In this document: positions 9,929 through 18,997 of the stretch, piece by piece
How positions within the stretch are numbered: position 1 is the stretch's first letter
How the letters are laid out: each line of letters opens with the position of its first letter
Assembly (NCBI GenBank): GCA_963842945.1
Contig: CAWJIM010000023.1
Span: forward strand, 384,001-448,000
From: an uncultured Gemmatimonadales bacterium
GTDB taxonomy: Bacteria; Gemmatimonadota; Gemmatimonadetes; Gemmatimonadales; GWC2-71-9
Length of the DNA stretch: 64,000 bases
Direction: 5' to 3'
Notes under the pieces: model-generated
Database searches by the model: none
Seen by the model: only the letters and a program-made list of their open reading frames with translations
Told to the model about the DNA's origin: nothing
Position numbers and translations under genes: made by a program

Positions 9929-10804
9929 ATGCCCAGCGGAGCAGACTCTCGGGAAAAATCGTCCGGGGCCCGCCGGGTCCTTGGCGGCATCCTGCTCGCC
10001 AACATCGTTGTGGTCATCGTGAAATTCGCGGTTGGGTGGAACACCAATTCCTTGGCGGTATTCGGTGATGCCCTTCAGTCGTCGGTCGATTCGGCCAACA
10101 ACATCTTCGCCATCTTCGTGGTTCGGGTAGCCGCTAAGGGACCCGACGAGGACCATCCTTATGGACACGCCAAGTTCGAGACGCTCGGGGCTCTGCTCAT
10201 TGCCCTCCTCCTGGCGCTCTCCATCTTCGAACTGGTTCGCGGAGCCATCGCCCGTCTGATTACCGGCTCTCCCGTGGTCAGCGTCTCGAGCACGGCGCTC
10301 GCGCTGCTCGTCTTTACCCTGATGGTAAACATTGGGGTGGTTTGGTTCGAGACCCGGGCAGGACGCAGGCTGGGCAGCGATCTGCTCCTGGCTGACGCGC
10401 TGCATACCCGCACCGACGTGTTCATCACCCTCGGCGTTCTCGCGGGATTGTTCCTGGCCCGCTCCGGTCTGGAGTGGGCCGATCCCGCACTTGCTCTGAT
10501 CGTGGCCATTCTGGTGGGCCGAGCCGGCTATCAGATCCTCCGCCGGTCGATTCCTACCCTGGTGGATGAGCGGGCCCTGGACCAGGCCACCATTCAGCGA
10601 GAGGCCGAAGGTGTGGCGGGCGTCGTCTCAGCCTACTCCATCAGATCGCGCCACGCCGGCGACCGACGCTTTGCCGAGCTCACCATCGCGGTAGATGGAA
10701 GCTCCAACGTGACCAGCGCCCACCTGATTGCCGACCAGGTCGAGGATCGGCTGCGGGAGAGTCTGCAGCTGGATGAAGTCACGGTGCACGTCGAGCCATG
10801 CTGA
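9929..10804 (+). CDS. Cation diffusion facilitator family transporter (FieF-like)
   Basis: Hydrophobic TM segments, DEDHPYGHAKFE, ADALHTRTD, VHVEP. Confidence 0.92.
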   Translation: MPSGADSREKSSGARRVLGGILLANIVVVIVKFAVGWNTNSLAVFGDALQSSVDSANNIFAIFVVRVAAKGPDEDHPYGHAKFETLGALLIALLLALSIFELVRGAIARLITGSPVVSVSSTALALLVFTLMVNIGVVWFETRAGRRLGSDLLLADALHTRTDVFITLGVLAGLFLARSGLEWADPALALIVAILVGRAGYQILRRSIPTLVDERALDQATIQREAEGVAGVVSAYSIRSRHAGDRRFAELTIAVDGSSNVTSAHLIADQVEDRLRESLQLDEVTVHVEPC

Positions 10805-11649
10805 GCGCGACGCAGGTCCGACAGGCCTCGCGGCGGCGACGGTCGCCCTACTCTGACAAGCAGCACTATCAGGAGTACATCCTCCAGCGGATCGAGGGCT
10901 ACAAGAATTCGATCGGCAGAGACGAGCTGCTCCGCCTGGGCGACGAGGCCGCCAGCGAGCTGCAGGCGATCTCCGAGGGTCAGTTCGTGCTCACCGAGGT
11001 GCTGATGCTGGAATCGGTCGACCGGCTGATCATGAAGCGGCTATCGCTCAAGCCGTACCGCCGGTGGCGCCCGCAGTTCCTCAAGCTGCGCGCGGCCCAG
11101 CGCACTCCTACCCACTGGGGGCTGGACTCCCACTGCCCCGTCGCCGCCATTCTTCCTCGAATCGAGCCGGAAGACTCGGCGCTGGTCGTTGGCAGCGCCG
11201 CCGCACCGACCACCTACCTGCTCGCGGCGCACGATGCGGCGGTCACCTTCCTGGCCGGTGAGCTGGGGTGCGTGGAACGGGTGGAATCGCGCATGGCGGC
11301 GGAGGCTCTCTCCAGTCTGTTCGAGAGCTACGTCACGCACTTCGATCCCTGCCTGCCGGAGTTCCTCCACTTTCTGGATGGGTTCGACATTGTCATTCTC
11401 GACCCGGGCGTCCTGCTGCAGCTGGGAAGCGCGTGTCGCAACCGGCTGGTCTCCGACCTTCAACGACGCAGCCGTCCCGGCGGAGTCCACGTGCTCCTTC
11501 CCACCTGCGCCGCCCTGGCCCCGGACGCGCTCCGTTCCCTCTACCCCGATTGGAAACAGGAAGAGATCAAGCGCCGGAAACGCGGCACCCTTGCAAAGGC
11601 CGCTCCCGGACTGATTCTGTCCAAGCCGTGTCCCGCGGACACGGCATAG
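10798..11649 (+). CDS. Hypothetical protein: helical N-terminal domain plus degenerate Rossmann/methyltransferase-like C-terminal part
   Basis: Long ORF overlapping the CDF stop; ALVVG, FDIVILD, RPGGVHVL resemble class I MTase strands without a canonical GxGxG. Confidence 0.65.
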   Translation: MLSATQVRQASRRRRSPYSDKQHYQEYILQRIEGYKNSIGRDELLRLGDEAASELQAISEGQFVLTEVLMLESVDRLIMKRLSLKPYRRWRPQFLKLRAAQRTPTHWGLDSHCPVAAILPRIEPEDSALVVGSAAAPTTYLLAAHDAAVTFLAGELGCVERVESRMAAEALSSLFESYVTHFDPCLPEFLHFLDGFDIVILDPGVLLQLGSACRNRLVSDLQRRSRPGGVHVLLPTCAALAPDALRSLYPDWKQEEIKRRKRGTLAKAAPGLILSKPCPADTA

Positions 11650-11739
11650 CTGCCCGCCCGCGTCCGACCGACACGGCAAAACCCCGAGCTTACAAACCCG
11701 AAGTACAATCCCTGCTTCGACATACGGTCCCACTCCATC

Positions 11740-11755
11740 CGGCACGGACGGTGCT
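11740..11755 (+). promoter_or_regulatory. Sigma-54 (-24/-12) promoter
   Basis: CGGCACG-GACG-GTGCT with exact GG-N10-GC spacing, 40 nt upstream of the small ORF start. Confidence 0.65.
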
Positions 11756-11794
11756 TCTAGTGCGGCCGTTGTCCCCCCTGGTAAGGAGAGGACC

Positions 11795-11968
11795 GTGACC
11801 CGAAGGACTTTCGTCGTGGCCCAGCCTGAACCGCTGGGGATTGTGATTCGGAGCGGCGCCCCACAGCCCAAGCCGGTGCGTTTCTGGGCCTACGTGTGGG
11901 CGACCGACGATGACGATGCGGTAGAGCTTCATTGGCATCAGAGGGTCCCCGCCGAGCACGCCGCGTAG
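11795..11968 (+). CDS. 57-aa microprotein MTRRTFVVAQPEPLGIVIRSGAPQPKPVRFWAYVWATDDDDAVELHWHQRVPAEHAA
   Basis: Strong SD TAAGGAG (11782-11788), GTG start, TAG stop, upstream sigma-54 motif, downstream terminator; below the ORF-track size cut-off. Confidence 0.7.
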   Translation: MTRRTFVVAQPEPLGIVIRSGAPQPKPVRFWAYVWATDDDDAVELHWHQRVPAEHAA

Positions 11969-12005
11969 GACCAGGCCCGCCTCACTGCGGTCGTGCGGCG
12001 CGCCG

Positions 12006-12046
12006 AAACGCCCCCGAGCTCCGGTTCGGGGGTGTTTGTACGTTTT
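12006..12046 (+). terminator. Intrinsic terminator
   Basis: aaacgcccccgagc-tccg-gttcgggggtgttt followed by gtacgtttt. Confidence 0.75.
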
Positions 12047-12181
12047 GGCCAGTCGCCAGTGTCAGCCGTACCGATGAAGGTCCTTCAGCCGGGGACTGCG
12101 GACTGGCGACCTGTGACTCTACTTGCTCTGCACACTTTTCCCGTCTAAACTCGACTTATCAACACCCTCGAAACGGTTGCA

Positions 12182-15180
12182 ATGCCTACCCTGACGGTCA
12201 ACGGCAAATCCATCCCCTTCGAACCCGGCGCCACCATTCTGGAAGCGGCGCGCACCGTTGGTATCGAGATTCCGACGCTGTGCTGGTACCCCAAGCTGCC
12301 CATCGTCGGCAACTGCCGGATCTGCCTGGTTTCGGTGCAGGGCCAAAACAAACTGCTGCCGGCCTGCGCGACCCCTGCGGCCGATGGCATGGTGGTGGAT
12401 ACAGAATCGAAACCGGCAGTGGACAGCCGGCGCGGTGTGCTCGATTTCCTGCTGGAGCGCTATCCCGGCGAGCATCTGCTCAACCAAGCCCCTCACCCAT
12501 CGAACGGCGGCAACGGATCCACACGGCGAGGTCGCCGGAGGCAACGGCGGCCGGTCGCACCCCCGGAACGAATTCGAACGCTATGTGGTGCAGTACGACG
12601 TCCCGGTGCGTTCCCATCACGAGCTGCCCCTGCGCACCGGAGATGAGCGACCCGGCGACGTGATGATCCAGCACGACATGAGCACCTGTATTCTCTGCAC
12701 CCGCTGCGTGCGGGCCTGCGAGGACATTCAGGAAGTGGGGGTGCTCGACGTCGCCATGCGGGGCGAGCATGCCCAGATCATCGTAGGCGGCGACGGCGAC
12801 CCGGACCATGCCGGCTGTACCTGGTGCGGCGAATGCGTGCGAGTCTGCCCTACCGGCGCCATCTTCGAGTTCATTCCCAAACAGCGTTTCGGCAGTGATG
12901 CGCTTCGCGCACCGGACCGGGTAGTCCGATCGGTCTGTCCCTACTGCGCTGTGGGATGTCAACTCGACCTCCACGTCAAAGACGACACCGTCATGCGGGT
13001 CACCTCGCCCTGGATCGAGGAAGCCACGCCCAACCAGGGCTCCACCTGCGTGAAGGGACGTTTCGGCTACGACTTCCCCCAGCATCGGGACCGGCTTACC
13101 ACGCCCCTCATCCGCAAGGGTTGGACGTTCCAGGACGGCCGCTGGGTCTGGACCGGCGAGTGGCCGAGGCACCGGGAAGGGCCCTGGCTCACCATCGAGG
13201 AGATGGGCGGACGGAAGAAACCCAGGCCGCCGCTCCGGCAGGTCGGCAAGCCGCCGCTCACGGGCATTCCGCAGCTGGGCGACGACGACGTGCGAGACCG
13301 CGTGGCCACGCCTGCCGGCTGGTACAGCGCCTTTCGCGAGGCCACTTGGGAGGAGGCACTGAGTCTCGCGGCCCAGGAGATCCTGAGGATTCGGGATCAA
13401 CACGGGCCTCGCGCTCTGGGCGCGCTCTCGTCGGCCAAGTGCAGCAATGAAGACAACTACGCGTTCATGCGTATGGTGCGAGGTGCCTTCCGGACCAACA
13501 GCGTGGACCACTGCACCCGGCTCTGCCACAGCACCTCGGTGTCTGCTATGAACCGGGCGCTCAACACGGCAGCGGCTTCAGGCTCCATGCGCGAGATCGA
13601 AGAGGCCACCGACGTCATTTTTATTGCGGGCGCCAACACGACCGAATCACATCCGGTCTTCGGTGCGCTGATCAAGCGCGCGGTGGCGCGCGGCGCCAAG
13701 CTGATCGTGGCCGATGTGCGCCGGGTCGAGCTTGCCGAGCTGGCCGATATCCACCTGCAGATGCTCCCCGGCACTGATGTGGCCTTGTTCAATACCATGT
13801 TGCATCACATCATCGACGCCGGTCTCACCGACCCCACCTTCATTGCCCAACGCACCCGCGAGTTCGAGAAAGTAGCGGCCGCGGTCCGGCCCTACACCCT
13901 GCAGATGGGCGAGAAGATCACCGGGATCCCGCGGGAGACTATCCGACAGGCGGCGGAGATGTATGCCCGGGGCCCCCGCACCTCCACCCTCTGGGCCATG
14001 GGTCTCACCCAGCACGCCACCGGCACCGACATCGTGGCGAGTTTGCTCAATCTGCTCCTGGCCTGCGGAATGATCGGGAAGTGGGGCGCCCAGATGATGC
14101 CGATTCGGGGACAGAACAACGTCCAGGGTGCCAGCGACGTCGGGGCCATTCCGTTCGCCTATACCGACTACCGGCCGGTTTCCCAGCCCGCCAACCGGGC
14201 GGAGTACGCGCGGGCGTGGGGAGTGCCCGAGGAGAACCTTGTCGCTGGAAGACGGCATGATGGTGACGGAAATGACCCGGGATGACAGCCCCATTCGCGG
14301 TCTCTACATCATGGGCGAGAACCCGGTGATCTCCGATCCGAATATCGCTCACGCGGAGGCATGGGTACGAGGGCTCGAGTTTCTGGCGGTGCAGGACCTC
14401 TTCCTTACCGAGACCGCGCGTTGGGCCGACGTGGTGCTGCCCGGCTCCTCCTTCGCCGAGAAGACAGGCACCTACGTGAACACCGAGCGGCGGATCCAGC
14501 TGGCTCAGGCCGCGCTCGACCCGCCGGGCGAAGCCAGACGGGACCTCGATATTCTCATCGAGCTCAGCAATCGACTCGGTCTGAAAACGACCTGGCCGGG
14601 ACCCGAGACTGTCATGCAGGAGATCGCCTCGGTGACTCCGTCGTGGCGGGGGGTCACCTACCAGGGACTGAAAGGCAGCGGACTCCAGTATCCGGTTCTT
14701 ACCCGGGAGTCCAAAGGCGCTGCCTTCCTCTTTGCCGATGCGTTTCCCACCGCAGACGGCAAGGGGATCTTCGTTCCGGTGGAGTACGTAGCCCCCGAAG
14801 AGCTGCCCGACGAGGAGTATCCCTTCATCATGAACACCGGACGCCAGATGTACCACTGGCATACCGGAACCATGACCCGGCGGTCCACCGGACTGGACTC
14901 ACGCGAGCCGGTCCCCGTGGTCGACATCAACCCTCGGGATGCCCTTGAGCTCGGGATTGATGAGGGAGACACGGTCCGCGTGACCTCCCGCCGCGGCTCC
15001 ATGTTGATCGGAGCCCGACTCTCCGAGCGTCAGGCCCGGGGACAGATCTTCATTCCGTTCCACTTCCGGGAAGCCGCGGCCAACCTGCTCACCAATCCGC
15101 GGCTGGATCCCTACGCCAAGATCGCCGAGTTCAAGATCAGCGCGGTGCGGGTGGAGCCCGAGATGGTGTTGATGGATTAA
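12182..15180 (+). CDS. Formate dehydrogenase alpha-subunit-like molybdopterin oxidoreductase; two apparent frameshifts (~12520, ~14240)
   Basis: 2Fe-2S (PTLC..GNCRIC..PAC), CILCTRC and CTWCGEC ferredoxin motifs, CPYCAVGC, DHCTRLCH Mo ligand region, RGQNNVQG, C-terminal MGD-binding domain; spread over three consecutive frames. Confidence 0.9.
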
Positions 15181-15201
15181 GGGCGTCTTATATTCTCCCC
15201 C

Positions 15202-16242
15202 ATGCGCGCCCTGGTCAAAGAGTCCGCCGGTCCCGGCATTGTTCTCCGCGATGTGCCGGTTCCCACCTGTGGACCGACGGAAGCGCTGATCCAGGTTCAT
15301 CACGCCGGTGTCTGTGGAACCGACCTTCACATCTGGGAATGGGACAGCTGGGCCAGCAACCGGCTCAAGCCGCCGGTCGTGATTGGGCACGAGTTTGCCG
15401 GCCGCATCACCCAGCTGGGCAAGGAGGCCGCGCAGGACAACCTGCTCGCGGTGGACGATCTCGTCACCGCCGAGGGTCACGTCGTCTGCGGACATTGCCT
15501 GCAGTGCCGCCTCGGTGACGGTCATCTCTGCCGGAGGACCCAGATCATCGGGGTCGATCGGGATGGCGCGTTCGCCGATTTCATCGTCATGCCCGCCTCC
15601 AACGTCATCAAGCTCGACGGCATCCCCACCGAGATCGGCGCCATCATGGATCCCCTGGGCAACGCGGTTCACACCGTGCTCGAGGCGCAGGTACCGGGCA
15701 GCACCGTGCTGGTGCTCGGCTGTGGCCCGATCGGATGCTTCGCGGTGGGAGTCGCGCGGGCGGCCGGAGCATCCCTGGTCATAGCCAGCGACTTCAACCC
15801 TACCCGGCTCGAGCTCGCCCGGGAGATGGGCGCCCAGGTCACTCTGAATCCTGGAACAGACGACGTGGTGGCTCGCGTCCGCGAGTTGACCGATGGAGAT
15901 GGCGTCGATCTAGTGTGTGAAATGAGCGGACATCCCAGCGGGCATGCTCAGGCTCTGGCCGCGGCTCGAATGGGAGGACGGGTCAACCTGCTGGGGACGC
16001 CCAACCGGACCACGGAAGTGGATTTTGCCCGCGATATCATCTTCAAGGGGCTCACCCTGTACGGTGTGACCGGCCGGAAAATGTACCAGACATGGCATCA
16101 GATGCGCCGATTCCTTCGGGCCGGTCAGCTGGATCCGCGGCCGGTGATCACCCATCGATTTCCGCTGGAGTGCATCCGGGACGCCATTCAGGTGATCAAG
16201 GATGGCCAGGCGGGCAAGGTGATTCTGGAGATCGGCTCATGA
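15202..16242 (+). CDS. tdh: L-threonine 3-dehydrogenase
   Basis: GVCGTDLHI, GHEF, CGHCLQC, GVTGRKMYQTW; coupled to kbl. Confidence 0.95.
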   Translation: MRALVKESAGPGIVLRDVPVPTCGPTEALIQVHHAGVCGTDLHIWEWDSWASNRLKPPVVIGHEFAGRITQLGKEAAQDNLLAVDDLVTAEGHVVCGHCLQCRLGDGHLCRRTQIIGVDRDGAFADFIVMPASNVIKLDGIPTEIGAIMDPLGNAVHTVLEAQVPGSTVLVLGCGPIGCFAVGVARAAGASLVIASDFNPTRLELAREMGAQVTLNPGTDDVVARVRELTDGDGVDLVCEMSGHPSGHAQALAAARMGGRVNLLGTPNRTTEVDFARDIIFKGLTLYGVTGRKMYQTWHQMRRFLRAGQLDPRPVITHRFPLECIRDAIQVIKDGQAGKVILEIGS

Positions 16243-17438
16243 CCAACGCGCTGGAACAGCGAATCGAGCCCGAGCTGGAGCAGTTCATCCAGAACGGCAC
16301 CTACAAGCGACTCAACTACCTCGATAGCCCGCAGGCGGCCCGGGTCCGGATGGAGGATAGGGGCGAGGTCATCATCCTGTCGTCCAACAATTACCTCGGG
16401 CTTTCCAACCAGCCCTCGGTTGTGGCTGCCGGCAAGAATGCGCTCGAGCGATTTGGCGCCGGCACCGCCTCCGTCCGTTTCATCTGCGGCACCTTCACCA
16501 TTCACCGCGTCCTGGAAGCAGCCTGCGCCCGGCTGGTGGGGACACCGGCATCACTCTCGTTCGTCAGCGCCTGGAACGCCAACGAGGCGGTTCCCGCGAC
16601 TGTCCTGACCCAGGATGACCTGATCATCAGCGATCAACTGAATCATGCCTCCATCATCGATGCCGTGAGGCTGGCCAAGGCCATCACGAAGTGCCAGAGC
16701 GCGGTATATCAGCATTCCGATCTGAGCGATCTCCAGGTAAAACTCGCCGCGGCGCGGGACCGCCGAGTGAAGATGGTAGTAACCGACGGCGTCTTCTCGA
16801 TGGAAGGCGCGATCGCCAAGCTCCCCGACCTGATCGAGCTCTGTCGCAAGCACCAGGCGGTGCTGGTGGTGGATGACTCGCACGGAACCGGCGTCCTGGG
16901 AAAGCACGGGCGGGGCACAGCAGAACACTTTGGCGTGCTGGGGGAGGTCGACATGATCACCTCCACCCTCGGCAAGGCGCTCGGAGGCGCCGCCGGTGGG
17001 TTCGTGGCCGCTTCGGCGGCCGTTTGCGACTACCTGACTCAACGCGCGCGGCCCCAGCTCTTCTCCAATGCCTTGCCACCAACGGTCGCGGCAAGTGCGC
17101 TCGCCAGTATCGAGTACCTGGAGCAGCATCCTGAGCTCATTACCGCCTTACGCGAAAACGCTCGTTACTTCCGCGATCAGCTCCTCGGGCTGGGCTTTCG
17201 GCCTCTTCCCGGCGAGACCCCGATTATCCCGGTAATCTTGGGCGAGACGGCCGCGGCCATCCGGATGAGCGATCTATTGTTGAAGGAGGGCGTTTTTGTC
17301 ACCGGCTTCGGTTATCCGGTGGTCCCTCAGGGTCAGGCACGAGTGCGGTGCCAGATCTCGGCAGCCCATACCCGTGCTGACCTGGACCAGGCTCTGGCGG
17401 CGTTTCGTAAGGTAGGAAAGCAGCTTGGACTCATCTGA
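16239..17438 (+). CDS. kbl: Glycine C-acetyltransferase
   Basis: SNNYLGL, ASVRFICGT, DQLNHASIID, TLGKALGG; ATGA overlap with tdh. Confidence 0.95.
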   Translation: MTNALEQRIEPELEQFIQNGTYKRLNYLDSPQAARVRMEDRGEVIILSSNNYLGLSNQPSVVAAGKNALERFGAGTASVRFICGTFTIHRVLEAACARLVGTPASLSFVSAWNANEAVPATVLTQDDLIISDQLNHASIIDAVRLAKAITKCQSAVYQHSDLSDLQVKLAAARDRRVKMVVTDGVFSMEGAIAKLPDLIELCRKHQAVLVVDDSHGTGVLGKHGRGTAEHFGVLGEVDMITSTLGKALGGAAGGFVAASAAVCDYLTQRARPQLFSNALPPTVAASALASIEYLEQHPELITALRENARYFRDQLLGLGFRPLPGETPIIPVILGETAAAIRMSDLLLKEGVFVTGFGYPVVPQGQARVRCQISAAHTRADLDQALAAFRKVGKQLGLI

Positions 17439-17679
17439 CCTCATCATGACACTCGGCCCACTCCTTGCACTTCCCCCCCTCTCGACGGGCCTGGGAGGAT
17501 TGGCGAGAGCGATCTAAGTCATTGCCAGCCAGTATTGTAGCACGGCGCTTTTTTAGCCCGCCACTACCTCCCCTCTCCCGTAGTCCAAGCACGAGTTCCC
17601 GCATTTTGACGTACCGCGCGAAGCGGCACCGGTAAGCGCCAGGAAGGTCCTGGTGCAGACACTCTACGGAGGCAGTCTG

Positions 17680-18348
17680 ATGCGTATGGTCACCCGGATT
17701 TTCCCAGTCGTGGCGCTGGCCCTCGGCTTGGGGGCGGCCCAACTCTCGGCTCAGGAGCCGGGCGGCGGCACCTTTCAGTGGTATATCGGCGGCCAGGGTG
17801 GCGTCATGAATTTCAAAGCATCCGCCCAGGATCGAGACAACATTCCGATGGCTGGTGGCCACCTGCTGGTCGTAGCTAAGCGCACCGGGCTGCTGCTCTC
17901 TGTAGAGCAGGGATTCGGGTCGGATCAACTGGCTTTCTTCACTGACGGCGTCGGCACCACCCATGCCGTCACGTTCGATGGCATCCGAAGGTACTCCGGC
18001 TCGCTAATGGCGTTTCCTTTGCGGTTACCCATCCAGCCCTACTTCGGATTGGGCCTCGGCATCCAGCACGTGGTGAACCCCGTGAGTGATGGGCTGCAGG
18101 AGGCCGCCGTGGAAGTCGGCTCGGCCGGCTTCATGCTATTTCTCGGTGGAGTTCAGTTCAAGCTTTCGCGCTTCGTGGGCTTCGGCCAGGCGCAGGTCAC
18201 ATCAGCGTCAGCAGTCCAGCAGTCGTCGGGATTCGGTGCCAATGTGGGAACCGGCCGGCTGGTGGAAGGCCCCACCTACACCTTGTCCGCCGGACTGCGT
18301 ATCGGTCTCGGCAATGCTCGGGAGCGCGCCAGCGGCGGCGGATACTGA
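17680..18348 (+). CDS. Exported protein, probable small outer-membrane beta-barrel
   Basis: Signal peptide ending AAQLSA-Q; alternating beta-strand pattern (IQPYFGLGLG, LSAGLRIGLG); GGAGG RBS. Confidence 0.7.
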   Translation: MRMVTRIFPVVALALGLGAAQLSAQEPGGGTFQWYIGGQGGVMNFKASAQDRDNIPMAGGHLLVVAKRTGLLLSVEQGFGSDQLAFFTDGVGTTHAVTFDGIRRYSGSLMAFPLRLPIQPYFGLGLGIQHVVNPVSDGLQEAAVEVGSAGFMLFLGGVQFKLSRFVGFGQAQVTSASAVQQSSGFGANVGTGRLVEGPTYTLSAGLRIGLGNARERASGGGY

Positions 18349-18361
18349 TCTAATCGGATGG

Positions 18362-18997
18362 CTATTCGGGCGGGAGATCGCGAGATCTCCCGCCCGTTTC
18401 TTTGCGGGATGTCCACGGCGAACCGGCCACATGAAAGCGGAGCGGCCAGTCTGCCGCCTTGGTAATGCCGATTCGTGGCGTTACCGCAACCCGCGGCTGC
18501 TCCCATGCTGTGGGGGGGCGCACGATGACCGAGCTCCGCGCCATTCTGGTGCCGTCGAGCGAGCGATCGAAGCCCAGTGCCTGACACAGTTTTCCCGGCC
18601 CCGAGCACAGGTCCTTGGTCTCCACGCCCCTTCTTCGCCGCCGCATCACGTCCAGACCCTCGATTGGCTCCAGCGCACGCAGCAATACCGCGCTGGCCAG
18701 TCCGCGGCGCTGGCAGACCAGGTTGGCACACCAGTGCATGCCGTACGACAGATACACGTACCAGAAGCCTGGAGGACCGAAGAGGGCCAGGTTACGAGCA
18801 TTGCGCCGGTGCCGATAGCCGTGTGAGGCGGGGTCGTCGTAGCCGAGATAGGCTTCGGTCTCGACGATCCTGCCCTCCGTCACCTCACCGCCGACCGTGG
18901 ACACCACCATCATCCCCAGCAGCTCGGCGGCTACCTGTTCGGTAGGACGAACAAAAAAAGAGACGGGCAGCGTGGCTGCCCGTCGGACCTGGCTCAT
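18362..18997 (-). CDS. DNA-3-methyladenine glycosylase (MPG/Aag family)
   Basis: GRIVETEAY, YVYLSYGMH, AVLLRALEP, SGPGKL, RIGI. Confidence 0.95.
   Translation of the reverse strand: MSQVRRAATLPVSFFVRPTEQVAAELLGMMVVSTVGGEVTEGRIVETEAYLGYDDPASHGYRHRRNARNLALFGPPGFWYVYLSYGMHWCANLVCQRRGLASAVLLRALEPIEGLDVMRRRRRGVETKDLCSGPGKLCQALGFDRSLDGTRMARSSVIVRPPTAWEQPRVAVTPRIGITKAADWPLRFHVAGSPWTSRKETGGRSRDLPPE
18367..18403 (+). terminator. Intrinsic terminator, embedded in the 3' end of the convergent glycosylase gene
   Basis: Perfect 13-bp stem cgggcgggagatc, GCGA loop, TTTCTTT tail. Confidence 0.85.

Noticed and set aside
13500..13535. Selenocysteine recoding in the FDH
   Set aside because: The ligand codon is TGC (Cys) in DHCTRLCH; no in-frame TGA
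17454..17469. Possible sigma-54 motif CGGCCCA-CTCC-TTGCA upstream of the beta-barrel gene
   Set aside because: Weak -24 match, about 200 nt from the start and abutting the kbl stop; not enough support
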